Shown: positions 24,706 to 37,579, counted from the first letter of the stretch. The stretch is 57,485 nucleotides of DNA from Octopus bimaculoides (GCF_001194135.2 NC_068985.1:60267257-60324741); one strand, 5' to 3'. Notes: generated from the sequence alone by a model not told the origin. Made by a program: numbers and translations.

Positions 24706-25575
24706 TCTACTACATATGTGGGAAATTCTGTCTGTGGGTATGTTTGTGGAGTTGTTAGCTAACTCCTCCTACATCGTTTTATTGATTTCAATGAAACTTG
24801 ACACATGAGTATAACTCATGTCTGGAAACCTCATGGCATACTCAGATTGTTGAAAAAAAAATCGATAATAGGGCCCCTGGAAGGGATTCTTATATATATC
24901 TAATATATTTCATTTTAACAGCCAAGGGAAACAACCCATTCATCTTCCTAAATCATTTGGTATAAATCAAATTGAATATGCTTATTTCTTAGTATTTGAA
25001 CTGTTAGAGTTATTTTTGCAATTTATCCAGTACAACCCTTAAACCAGTAAATAGTATTTTCCTAAACAATAGATCCACTTATTTCGGTTAGTGACTTATT
25101 CACAAATATACCAACACTAGCACTACTGAGGGTAATATTCTCTGGGAATGCACAAAAGCCCTTTTCAGACTTATTTACTTTGAATTGCTGTTATCTCATA
25201 TCTTATTAGCCTATTATTACATAATATGCTTCATGATTTTAGTATACGTACCTTATTAGTACTTCCTAAGTTCTATATACTCTGGGAACACATTAAAGAC
25301 CTTTTCAGGGCTGCTTTATTTTAATTCTTACTATCAGGTAACTAATTTTATGTTATTGCATAACTGACTTTACAATTTGGGTATTCATAAATTATTGGGA
25401 ATTCCTAAAAACAAGATCCTGTGCAAGGCAGTTTGGTATTCTCTGTAAATGCACAAAAACCGTTTTAAGGGCTACATACTTTGTATTGTCGTTGTTGGAT
25501 TAGCGAAACAATTATGAGAACAGAACCAAGGGATGAACTCTGCTTTCCCAGGAATTTACCGGGTACATCAGCTAG
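24706..25575 (+). mobile_element. Non-autonomous Helitron (870 bp)
   Basis: Starts A|TCTACTACAT; ends with hairpin CCCAGG-AATTTA-CCGGG then ...CAGCTAG|T; inserted between A and T with no TSD. Confidence 0.8.
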
Positions 25576-27479
25576 TTTAAAATAAAGACAACTTATGAAG
25601 AGCCTGATGGAAAGTCACACCAACAGAACAACAGCCAACCATTTATTATAACCTATTAACACCTTGGCTCTGTCTAAGGATAATATATTTTGATAAGTAC
25701 CAGACGTTTGTTATCTTCTTCCCAATATTAATAACTTGTTAATAATGTTGCAATTACATTATGATAAACATTGCACAAGTGGTTGGCATTAGGAAGGGTA
25801 TCTAGCCCCAAAACCCATGCCAGCATGAAACATGGTTAAATGATGATGATATATATATATATATATATATATGAATTGGCCACTAGTCTGAAAAAGAAGC
25901 ACACTCTAAAACATTAGACCAGTAGAGAGGTTATATGCTTCCAGCCATTTGAATCTGACAATTTTATAGGTGTGAAACCAATGGTCACTCTTTGACCAGC
26001 CATCACAAACAACCTTTTAAATATATATATATATNNNNNNNNNNCACACACACACACATATATATACACATACACACATGTGTGTGTGTGTGTCTGTATA
26101 TACCGACATACATACATACAATATTGTTTGTGTTTTTAATAATCTCTATGCTGTGATGTAACACAGTTGGTTGTTGTTTTCTTTTGCTTTTGTTCTTGTC
26201 ACCTGGGAAACTGTATTATTTTTTAAAATCTATTAAAAAAGAAACAAAATATACTCACTCATAGAGTTACAAAAATATGTGTATGATCATGCACATACAT
26301 ATGTGAGTGTGTGTGTGTGTGTGCATCTGCTTATCTGTATGTATAAGCACATAAGGTGCACATATAATACATACATAAACGCAGACATGCACACACATCA
26401 ACTCAGACATCATTATACACATTTTGTTGTTGCTGGTGGTGGTGGTGGTGGTGGTGGTCTTCTACCAATAGGTATTAATGTTTTTGTAGACATCCCACCA
26501 TCTCTGAGGATTTCTAGTTTGACAACATACCACTACCACTATCTTGTTTTTTTCAATTTCAGCCAAATCAATGATTCTTGGGTAACTTGTTTTAATAATA
26601 ATCTTCATCCAACAAGGGAGCCTTTGCATAGTCACTTGGCCAGCTAGAAATAACAGCTAAATATCACTCATATGACACCTTACCATTTTGGAAAAAAATA
26701 GAGAAATAAATAATAAATAATTCTTTTTACTATAGGCACAAGGCCTGAAATTAGGGGGGAGGGGGCTAGTCGATTAGATCGACCCCAGTATGCAACTGGC
26801 ACGTGATTTAATAAATAATAAATAATGGAGTAAAAAACACACAATGCATGAAAATTAGATGGGATTTTCATGACAAAAATACATTTGATTTTCAGTCTGA
26901 TCAATTGAACTGGAGCTTACCTAGGGCTAAACACCACCACTATCAAGAACAACAACAGTCTTCCTACAACACCTCAAGGTGTTGCATTTCCTAATGAGAA
27001 AACTCCAGTCATTCTTATATCGAGACAAACATTATTTAGTTTTACAGTTCGACAAATACCATAATTAAATTTTAGAGTTTCACATCAGTTTAACATTGTT
27101 CTAGATCCTTCTGTGACTCTGTTTATTAAATTGTGAGCTTTATTGTGGCTCTCAGTCAATCTCATCATCACCAGATCATATTATCTGTCCTTCACATCTG
27201 TTGTTAAAATAGTTAATGTCATTTATGTGAACTGAGTTCGAATCAAGCCGTGGGTTAAATTTTGTCTTCCAGTAAACACAGTAAACACATTTATCTGTCA
27301 GTAGTTCTCTCCTATTATTAATAAGAAGAATATGCAGCAATGAAAAATAGCTTACTATCATTGAATGTGGCAGCATCTTTTTTAGTTTGCAATCTGCAGT
27401 TCAATTCCAGTTGTAGGTTATAACCCCCACCAAGGTCATATGTTGAAGACAATATAAAAATACAGTTTTAGTTGTTGTT

Positions 27480-27815
27480 TATACACTGTATACAGTCTTC
27501 AATACTGCTTAAATACCATATACAGTCTTTAGTACTGTGTATACACTATAGACAATTTTCATTAGTCTATACTCTATATACAGTTTTCAGTACTGTATAT
27601 ATACAATATATAGTCTTCAGTACTATGTATATACTGCATATAGTCTTCACTGATATCAATACATATACAGTCTTCAGTACTGTGTATATACTATATACAA
27701 TCTTTAATACTGTGTATATGCCATATACTTTCTTAATACTGTGCATACACTATATACAACCTGCACTACTATGTATATACAGTACACAATCTTTATTACT
27801 GTATATACACATGGT
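27480..27815. repeat. About 30-bp minisatellite, about 11-12 diverged units
   Basis: Consensus TACAGTCTTCAGTACTGTGTATATACTATA, read directly. Confidence 0.85.
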
Positions 27816-27959
27816 ACAGTTTCTATTGGCATCTATTATCTATTTGTCAAATAAGATGTAAAATTGAAGTAAAAGCAGTTGTTTCACATTTAAACATCTC
27901 AAACACTATCATAAGTTCAATTCCCAACCAGAACACTCAAATATGTTTGTCAGTGAAAT

Positions 27960-28700
27960 CTCTGCAAATATGTTCCAGTGTGCTCCATCTTCACTTCAAG
28001 TATCTCTTCTTGGGAAGCAAAACAGTCATTAAAGAACCACTTCCTTCATCACTATGAATCTCTCTCCTTCCTCAGTTTGATTTCGGATCTATCATACTTT
28101 CTCTCATGTCACAGTCACCAATGTTACTCACCATTATCATCATCATTTAACATCTGTGTTCTATACTGGCATGGGTTGGATGATTTGACGGGGACCAACA
28201 GATCCAAGGACTGTGCTCATTGTCAACTTTGGCATGATTTCTATGGTTGGATGCTCTTCCTGATACCAACCCCTCTACAGCATGTATTGGGTGCTTTTTA
28301 CACACCACCAGCAATAGTGAGGCTGCCATGCTGCTTGCAAGACTATGAACTCTGAAAGACATGACTTTATGCTAAGAACTGAGGGTTTTACATATGAGAG
28401 AAGGGACAAGAGCAGAACAGGTTTCTTATTGTAGAGGGCATTGTGAGAATTTATATCAAGTAAATATAGTTGTACTTGACATCAATAACACCTTCAACTT
28501 GGCCTGACAGGGCAATTTCCTAAGTAAACAGACTCTACACCATGCCAAGCATGTTACAATTGTGTCATTTCTTCAAGTAGAATCTTCCTGTCAGACTAAT
28601 CATTGTAGCATGCATTCAGCAGACACCCCCCCTCTCTGACCTACATTCTAACAACTGTGGTGTGCCTCAAGGTCCGGGTTTTCTCTCTTGTACATTACTC
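27960..28700 (+). pseudogene. Highly decayed CR1/Jockey-type RT fragment, interrupted at 28135-28440
   Basis: HFLHHYESLSFLS...GFR-like segment and CGVPQG motif (about 28657-28675). Confidence 0.45.
28135..28440 (-). mobile_element. Family C retroposon 3' fragment
   Basis: Reverse complement of 7600-7940 and 16300-16655, with an (ATC)n tail at the left. Confidence 0.65.
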
Positions 28701-28754
28701 ACCTAGATGCTGTAACATCAACAACACACACTTCTAATTCTGTTGTCATTCCTA

Positions 28755-28895
28755 CTCTAGGCACAAGGCCTGAAATTTTTGGGGAAGGGGGCCTGTCGAT
28801 TAGATCGACCCCAGCACACAACTGGTACTTAATTTATCGATCCCGAAAGGATGAAATGCAAAGTCAACCTCGACAGAATTTGAGCTTAGAACATA
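28755..28895 (-). mobile_element. Family D SINE 3' part
   Basis: AGGCACAAGGCCTGAAATTTT...CTGGTACTTAATTTATCGATCCCGAAAGGATGAAA. A shorter copy lies at 26735-26800. Confidence 0.75.
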
Positions 28896-30039
28896 GAGAC
28901 ACCACAAACCCAACATAAACCGATTCCATGAACAAAGATGTGGAGAAGATGACAGCACCACAACTTATTCAGTTGCAACCACAAACATTCAGTTACTACA
29001 TACATCAATTAAGCAGACATGAATTTCACAAACTCTGGTGCATGAGCGTGTGTAGGAATGACAGTGATAGTGGGTGAAGTTGACAATGTGACTGATTTGA
29101 AATATCTAAAATTACACGCACAAACTCACACACACTCTCTCTCCCACAAACCCCACATATAGACGAAATACAGACTGACTTAATGAGTAACTGAAATTGT
29201 TTAAAATCTTATGACAGAACAAAGATACTGGTTTCAATTCTCTGCAGATAAGTATCATATCTATTACACTTGATATTCAGAGTTTGTTCAGTACACTGAA
29301 CAAACACAAACACATCTCTATAAAAGCTTGTCAAAGGAGTTGTACCTATTTTGTGGGCGGTAAATTAACTTCTTTCCCTTGTTTCAAACCTACTCCACTT
29401 ACTCTGGATTACCACTAAAGTGTAATCCACTCTCTTGTAGATGTTTGGAAAAATATAAAATCCTCCCCTCCTCCTATCAACCACGGAAGACCCGAAGGAG
29501 GACAGAGGTGCTCGCCTTTTTGTTATATCACTAAACTATTGGACATTTTAATTTCCATAAAATGAATTTCAGTCACTAAGAGCTTCATCTTGTAGATGAC
29601 ATGATGGCCTCAGTTATTTTAGATTAACTGAGGTCATATAGGGAGAGAGGTTATCTCAGAAATATGTACCATTTCAATCAGAGGAATGTTAACTATTAAA
29701 GGCCAGTGTCCCCAGAGTGGGACAGGGAAGATTTAGTTCTCAGCAGCTTCATTCCATCTAACCAAAGAAGAACATCAACTCTTGAAAGTCGTTCAGGATA
29801 TAACAAATATTTACTTTATTGTAATTGTTCTTTAATCCCAAGCCAGTTCCAACTGACAGTACTTAAGAACAAAGAAGTTCAAAACATGGCTGTTTTGTTT
29901 TTTCTCTTTGATATACTATATCCAATTTGCCTACGTTTTTTTTAAGATGAGGGGTGATTTGGCCATTATTTCTAGCAGATTCAATGGTCCATTTAGAGAG
30001 AGCCTCATTGTTTCTTCTAAATCAGATATACGCCTAGGT

Positions 30040-30590
30040 GCAGGCATGGCAGTGTGTTTAAGAAACTCATTTTGAAACTACATGGTTTCTGCTTCAGTCC
30101 CACTGCACAACACTTTGGGTGAGTGTCTTCTACTAAAACATTAGGCTGACCAATGCCTAGTGAGTGAATTTGATGGACAGAAACTGTGTGAAAGCCCATT
30201 GCGTATATACATAACAACCCCTGCCAGCATGGAAGGTGGACGTTAAATGATGATGAGGTGTTGGCGGCATGTAAAAAATACCATTCGAGTGTGGCCGATG
30301 CCAGTGTTGCCTGACGGGTACCTGTGCTGGTGGCACATAAAAAGCACCATTCAAGCATGGCTGACGCTAGTGCCACCTGGCCGGCTCCCATGCCAGTGGC
30401 ATGTAAAAAGCACCCACTACACTCTCAGACTGGTTGGCATTAGGAAGAGTATCCAACTGTAGAAACTTTAGTAAATCAGATTGAAGCTTGGTGCAGCCTC
30501 CTGGCTTGTCAGTTCTCTGTCAAACCATCCAACCCATGCCACCATGAAAGGTGGACATTAAACAACGATGATGATGATGATGATGTATAT
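30040..30590 (+). mobile_element. Family A SINE head followed by two RTE-type tails, one with tandem units
   Basis: Head 30040-30210; tail ending TGATGATGA at about 30255; second tail with about 3 tandem units ending (GAT)n at about 30585. Confidence 0.7.
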
Positions 30591-30629
30591 ATATATACAC
30601 CTATATATAAGGAATGGAGTAGATAAGAT

Positions 30630-30719
30630 CTGGGCTACATATATTTCATAGTTATTGGAACCTTGGAAGTGGTAAATATCTAAGCAAGGTGTATACCACA
30701 GGCTACTCATCAGGCCAAG
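30630..30719 (-). ncRNA. Degenerate type I minimal hammerhead ribozyme motif
   Basis: On the minus strand: stem I CTTGGC / GCCCAG (1 mismatch); CTGATGA (30707-13); stem II GTAG...CTAT; GAAA (30644-47); stem III AT-ATAT-GT; triplet GUA. Confidence 0.6.
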
Positions 30720-30776
30720 GATAGCTTTCTTCCAATACCTTGATCCTTGGATCTTTATATATATATATATATATAT

Positions 30777-30833
<57 letters not shown>

Positions 30834-30855
30834 CATATATATATATATATATATA

Positions 30856-31592
30856 CAAGGATTGGACAAAATAATGAAAACACCTGGCATCATAATTTTG
30901 AAATATCTGTAAAACTGTCAAAAGCTTGTTTATTTTTATGTTTTTTGATTTGTTATTAGTGTTGCTTAATATGTTTTGCTAAAATTGCTGTTTCTTTGCA
31001 GATATCATCAGAAAGAGGTAATTAAAATCCATTGAAATGACAGATCTATCAGGCTTTCAAAGAGGTCAAATTGTTGGTGCTCGTATGGCAGGTGCTAGCA
31101 TAACGAAAACAGTCAAAATATTTAGTGTATCAAGAAGTAATGACAGCCTTTGAGAAAGAGGGAAAACCTCGTCAAAACAAAACTCTGGAAGAAAACCAAA
31201 ATTTTCAGATAGGGACCATCAAACTCTTACACAAATTGTTAGAAAGGATCACAAAAGTACAGCTCCCAAAATTACTGCAGAGCTTAATGACCACCTTGAG
31301 AACCCAGTTTGCACAAAACTGTTCAATGGGAGCTGCACAAAGCTGGATTTCACAGGAGGGCTGCAATCAGAAAACCACTACTTTCAAAAACAAACACTGT
31401 ACACCATTTACAGTGAAGTAAAATCTTACAGAATTGGTCCCTAGAACAGTGGAAGAATGTTATTTTCTCGGACACATCATCCTTTACCATATTTCTGACC
31501 ACCGGCTGAGTATACGTGTGGAGACAGCCAAAAGAAGCATTTGACCCAGACTGCCTTCTTCCAACTGTTAAACTTGGAGGAGGATCTATAGT
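30856..31592 (+). mobile_element. Tc1 transposon 5' half (TIR plus truncated transposase)
   Basis: TA|CAAGGATTGGACAAAATAATGAAAACACC TIR; MTDLSGFQRGQIVGARMAGAS...WKNVIFSD.SSF...PTVKLGGGS; truncated after the first catalytic D. Confidence 0.88.
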
Positions 31593-32615
31593 GCCCCAGC
31601 ATGACTATGGTCCAATGACAAATAAAGATAAATAAACTCAGGCCAAATTGACAAGATATTCCTTTCATTTTCACCTGTAAATCAGGTTATTTTTACTCAC
31701 TCCTTTCCATAAACTAAACACACACACACATGTGTACAAAGTTAATGAAACGTGGAGAGGTATTCCAATAATAAATTCCACCAAATATCAAATGTGAACA
31801 TAAAACCATATTCAAAAATAAAACTGCAAAGTTCTGCAAAACAAACCTGAAGTTTTCTTGTTTCTATTCCCACTTCATTCTTCACATATTTTCCCAATTT
31901 AGAAACTCATGATAATGCACACACACACATGCTGACATACATACACACACAAACAAGCATACACTCACCTGCCTGCTCTCTCATATGTGTACTCATACAC
32001 TTAGATGCCCCTCTCAAATTCACACAAAGACATCACATGCATACACATATACATAAACTCACTCACCATGAACACATCTGTATGTGTGTGTCTATGTGTA
32101 CATATATATGTCTATGTATGTGTGTATACATATATATATATATATATGTATATATATGCATACATGTATTGTATGTATTCACACACACATATATATATAT
32201 ATATAAATGTGTGTACACACACAGTTACATTTTTAACAGTTACATAATTTCATTTGTTTATTCAAACGTAATTCATTACAATTTCATAATTTAGTTTAGC
32301 AAAAAGCACACAGAAAACTTAATCAATGTTTTTCTTTTTTATTTCCTATTTGTTTCCTTTTATTACTTTTAAATTTACATTTATTTGTTTTATTTATATT
32401 TTTACCTTTCAAATTATAAAATTCATATTCTGAAAAATCAATTATTTCTGAAAAATACATTATTTAACGTCTGTTTGTGATGAAGCTGTAAGATAGGACA
32501 CACACACACACACGCATATACAGACTCATATACATGCATGTATGTGTGTGTGTATCTATATATATACACATATGCATATGCACACATACATATGATATGT
32601 ATATCCATATATGGG

Positions 32616-32712
<97 letters not shown>

Positions 32713-33454
32713 TACATAAATTTTTTCTGTTATAACCATAGATTCCATTGCGTAAATAGCGACATGAATGCAAATCCTATCAGGCTGCTTACATTTAATT
32801 ATTAAAGAGTTAAATAGGAGAGTCTAAAAGAAAATTATATAAAAATAAAGCATTAACAAATATGGTTTTAATATACTCAGCTATTAATAAATACCCACAC
32901 ACACACGTGTGTGTGGATGGGTGTGTATGAGACAACCCTTTGTTTTCAATGTGCAAATAAAGCAGATATACTCTGGTTTTAATTCCCTTACAAGGCATGC
33001 TGGGTGTGTGGGTACAGTTAGTGTCCAAGGGAGATAAATCTTTAGATTTTTTTTTTTTAAATGTGCAAACTATAAGCAATATAATTTTAACAAATATCAT
33101 AATGAATAATGGTTTGTTTGTTTTTTCAAATGACGAACAAATAAACTTAATTGTATTCAATATATTATCAAGTGAGTTGAGGAAAGAGCTAATGAAAGTG
33201 TCTAAATGCAGAGGAAAATCAAAGATAAATAAAAAAACATTATTTTATATATTAGGGATAATGAATGTCCTTTAACAGACACTGATGCAATTGAAATGTG
33301 ATGGTTCCAGTAGTAAGTTTATCAATATTATCAAGCTTCAGTGATTGAAGAAAAGAAGGAGCTTCTGTTTAGTTACTTGATCTGCAAGAAAGAGCAGACA
33401 TCATTCACATATCCTTCCATATCATCTTTAAAAATGGGAAGGACTACATAGGAG

Positions 33455-33831
33455 TTGTTGTTGTTAGCACTCCGTTGCGGCTTCCAGTTGATCCAATCAA
33501 CAGAACAGCCTGCTCGTGAAATTAACGTGCAAGTGGCTGAGCACTCCACAGACACGTGGACCCTTAACGTAGTCCTCGGGGATATTCAGCGTGACACAGA
33601 GTGTGACAAAGCTGGCCCTTTGAATTACAGGCACAACAAAAACAGGAAGTAAGAGTGAGAGAAAGTTGTGGTGAAAGAGTACAGCAAGGTTCGCCACAAT
33701 CCCCTGCCGGTGCCTCATGGAGCTTTAGGTGTTTTCGCTCAATAAACACTCACAACGCCCGGTCTGGGAATCGAAATCGTGATCCTACGACCACGAGTCC
33801 GCTGCCGTAACCACTGGGCCATTGTGCCTCC
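33455..33831 (-). mobile_element. tRNA-headed SINE (family E) with (CAA)n tail
   Basis: Minus-strand head GGAGGCACAATGGCCCAGTGGTTACGGCAGCGG...GATTTCGATTCCCAGACC has A and B boxes. A partial copy lies at 39185-39355. Confidence 0.8.
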
Positions 33832-34149
33832 TAGGAGTAGATAGGTATAAAAGAGAGGATGGTCATCACTGGCATGTTTTTGTCCATAAGTCTGGTTAAA
33901 GCAGACTTGAGGCTAAACAAAAACAACTGCTGTAAAATTTTCACTACCCAAATGACAGTTACAGTGTAATTGAAAACTTGTGATAATTCCCAGATCAGGT
34001 TCATTAGAGTAAATATCTACATGAATAACCTTTGGTGGTGAAGTTAATAAGAAATACTATTACTGTTAAGTTAAAAGCAAACTTTTCAAGTTGAAATGCA
34101 TACTCATGAATAAGATACATGATAACAATGAAAAAGGAAAAAAACAAGC

Positions 34150-34320
34150 TTATTATTTTGTTTTCATTGATGCTTTTGCTCTGGCAGATTTTTATGCTGA
34201 CACTATACCAGAAGAGTGAGCTGAATCAAATGGTCCTTTGGGTCATTCCATCTCCTTCGACTTTCTAACAAAATCCTTGCTGTTCCTAACAAGGTTGTTT
34301 TCTACAACATGGTATTAATA
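34150..34320 (-). mobile_element. R4/Dong-like element 3' terminus
   Basis: Homologous to 34830-34980 (KT.LLGT.RIL plus 3' UTR). Confidence 0.7.
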
Positions 34321-34329
34321 ATAACAAAT

Positions 34330-34555
34330 AAGCTGGGAAGCTGGCCGAATTGTTATTATGCCAGGCAAAATGTTTAGTGGCATTTCATCCATATTTACAT
34401 TTTGAGTTCAAATTCCACTGGGGTTGATTTTTCCTTTCATCCTTTTGGTGGGGTCAATGAAATAAGTACCAGTTGTGCACTGGGGTAGATTACATTGACT
34501 AGCATGCTCCCTCAAACTTGCTGGCCTTGTGTCAAAATTTGAAATCATTATTATA
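34330..34555 (+). mobile_element. Family D SINE
   Basis: Full head-core-tail match to 10615-10830. Confidence 0.75.
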
Positions 34556-34825
34556 TGATTCCTAGACTGTGTGGTGCATTGTGTTCTTGAGCAAAACACT
34601 TTATCTCTACAATCACTTTGACACCTGACACATAGTACACCGTGCACCTGTTCAAGTAACATCAGTTTGATGGAGGGAGTAAGCTAATGAACAGCTCATA
34701 CATTTGATCACCATAAACAAATGATTTGTGCAGGTCGTTTGGCAAAAGCTGAACACTCATACATTGACTTCAACAGGAGAGTCCATTATCACCATCACCA
34801 TCATCATCATTATTATTATCTGTAA

Positions 34826-36430
34826 TGTTTTTGCATTGGCAAATGTTATACCAACACTATACCAGAAGAGCAAGCCATATCAAATGGCCAAAGGTCCTTT
34901 GGGTCATTCCTTCTCTTTCAACTTTCTAACACTCTCTTTAGTATCCTTCCTGTTCCTAACAAGGCTGTTTTCTGCAACATTCCCATCCTGATGGTAATTC
35001 CTAACTTCTCAAGCCATGCATCCAACCTTTTACTTCTAAGTGCCTAATTCTTCATAGTTTCCTGATTTCCCTCTTCAGCTCTTGATATTTCTCAACTTTC
35101 TTACTTTCCTTCTCATTCACTCTATGGTCCCATGGTGAAGCAATATCCATAATAATTGCTTTATTTTTCTTTTCTACGACAATGTCAGGTTCTCTCGCCA
35201 CAATAAAACGGTCACACTGATCTTATATTGTTCGTTTTTAGTAACCCTTTCCAGTTGATGCTTATACCATTGCTCACTTCCACTGATGTCAGAGCTTCCC
35301 ATCTGGTAATATAATTCCTTCTATCTTATCAATCCTACCTCACTTCAGTACCACATATGTTTCTGACAAATTTCATTCCTATATCTATGCTGAATGTATG
35401 AACTTCCAAAGAGTTTTAGGTCATCCATGAATGACAGATAGTTTACCTTAAACTCACGTCCTCATGACAAAGCTTCATGGGAATCAATATGGCAATGTTG
35501 TATGCCTTCTCTTGTACTCTTTCTGTTCAGGTATCTTGCATTCATTAATAATATGGTTTATTGTTTAATCTTTCTCACCATACAATCTACAAAGTGGGGA
35601 AGTCACTGACATGTCAATATTGAACTTGATATAATTTGTTCTCTGTGCCTGTTCTTGGGCTGCAAAAATAAGGGCTTCAGTTTCAATGTTCAAGTTGATT
35701 TTCCTAGTTCATTTCCAGATCTTATCTTTGTCAACTGTTTCAGGCAGTTTCCCACGGCAACTGACCATACGTTGTTTTCTTCCCATCTACTCAACGTGTT
35801 ATTCTGGTTGCTTTGTTTGAATTCTCCCTTTTCCTTTGCTTCATCATTGCTTAGGACTTTTATCTTTCTTACTACTACCATCAATCTCTCCCTTGAATTC
35901 TTTACATACCATGCAAGATTATTTTCCTCAGACTTCACACACAATTCACAGCTGAGACCTCTTCTTCCTCTCTGTCATAATAGATACAACCTGCCTATGT
36001 CACTTCTGGAGTGTAGAGCCCCCTTGTAGTGTAATCATTTCCGTGGTCTTTGTATCAAGCTCCCGAAGTTCATCACTTCTCCACTTGATCACACCAGTGA
36101 TATACCTCAGAGTTGCAATGTCCTATGTGTTGACAGCCAGTACCTTATTCCTACCACTTTGTCTTTAGCATCAATTTCAGTCTCCGTTTATATTCCTTTG
36201 ATATAAGTTCTTTCATTTGGTCTATTTCCAGGATGCCTAAGTACTTATACCTGTTATCAATTTCCTCCATAACTTGCCCATCTGGTAATATAACTCCCTC
36301 GATCTTATCAATTCTCCCTCACTTCGGTCCCATATGTTTTTATGTCAAATTTCATTCCTATATCTGTGCTGAATGTATGAACTGTCTATACAAGGAAATA
36401 AATCTGTTCATAGGATTTCCCAAAGAAAAT
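34826..36430 (-). mobile_element. R4/Dong-like RLE non-LTR retrotransposon, 3' part (RT C-terminus to RLE), decayed
   Basis: FSTDIGM.F, YKYLGILE, LHSRSDIGRLYL.R..GRRGL, EENNLAWYVKNS, RTNYIK..ID..SPLCRL...HIINEC...KEYKRRH, WYKH, PDIVV, DIASPWD...KE.KK.EKYQEL; (TAA/TGA)n tail. Confidence 0.88.
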
Positions 36431-36570
36431 GACAAACAAATCTGTGGTATTGAGCAGAATATTTGCTGTAGCCCATCTTTTATACCAAGACAAAATAATG
36501 TACATGATAACACTTCCAATCAGTTAAGATGAGAAACCATGAGAGCCACTGCCTGGCACTACATCAGGGC
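36431..36570 (-). mobile_element. 5' part of a non-coding (TAA)n-flanked repeat (family H)
   Basis: Overlaps 42786-42840 in sequence (AAAGATGGG.TACAGCAAATATTCTGCT.AATACCACAGATTTG); begins right after a (TAA)n tract. Confidence 0.7.
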
Positions 36571-36599
36571 ATTATTATTATTATTATTATCATCATCGT

Positions 36600-37530
36600 T
36601 ACCATTATCATTATCATTCAACATTTGATATTTTAGGCAAATTTCTTTTGCATCACCTGCTACACCACTGTGTTGCTGAGGTGTGTGCAGCACTTTGTGT
36701 TTTTTTTTTTGTTGTATTCTATTGCATCAGTTTGTTTTGTTATGGGATTTGGTTGCAGTCTTTTGTTGTATTAGAGTTTGTGTTGTGTGTATAATGTGAG
36801 TTTAATTCTTCTGTAGGGTACCCAGCTTGTAAAGTACATGTCGTAGGGTTGTTTTATTTTATTGCATATTTATTGTATAGAGTGTGTCTTGTGTTTAAGA
36901 ATTGTTTTATTTTAGTTGCACTATTAAATCGATGGTGTATTGCATAGGATATGGGCTGTTCCTAGCAGGGCTTTTTTTTTTATCGTGTAGTGTTGAGGGT
37001 CCAAGATATAGCTTCTATGTTTTCATTCATATGGTTTTTAGAATCATACCTGATACTCCAATTATTACTGGTATTATTTTCCCCTTCATGCTCCACATCT
37101 TGAACACTTCAATTTTGAGATTTTTGAAATTTGACAATTTCTCCACTTCTTTTTGGACAATATTTTGGCAAGAGACTGCAATGTCTATCAGTAAGCAGAT
37201 GTTTTTTTTTTTTCAAGCCTTGATTATTATGTCTGTGTGATTAGCTTTGACTTCTTTGTCAGTTTGAACAGGCATATCCCAGATGATTGTGGTTTGGTCA
37301 CTGTCATGTACCTTGTTTGGTACATGTTTACACCATTTCTTGTTAGTTTTTATGTTGTAATGTTGACATATTGCCCAGTGGATATAATTACTTACTCGGT
37401 CATGATTGTATATATATATTCAGATTTGGCTAGGATTGGACAGCCAGAGATGATGTGGTCAACTGTCTTATTGTGTTAGTTGCACAATCTGCTTTTGGTG
37501 TTTGGGATTTTATTCATTATTTTGCTTTTA
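36600..37530 (-). mobile_element. Second R4/Dong-like element 3' end (CCHC plus RLE plus 3' UTR)
   Basis: TVDHIISGCPILAKSEY..HDRV..YIHWAICQHYNIKT.KKW, IIWDMPVQTDKEVKAN..DIII, LIDIAV, KEVEKLS, IPVIIG. Confidence 0.85.
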
Positions 37531-37579
37531 TAGTGATTTGTGGTCAGGCATTGGTCTTATACAGCAAGAATCAACCCTT

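Noticed and set aside
33750-33831. tRNA gene
   Set aside because: A tRNA-derived SINE head continuous with a SINE body; no complete cloverleaf or terminator. The same applies to the family A and D heads.
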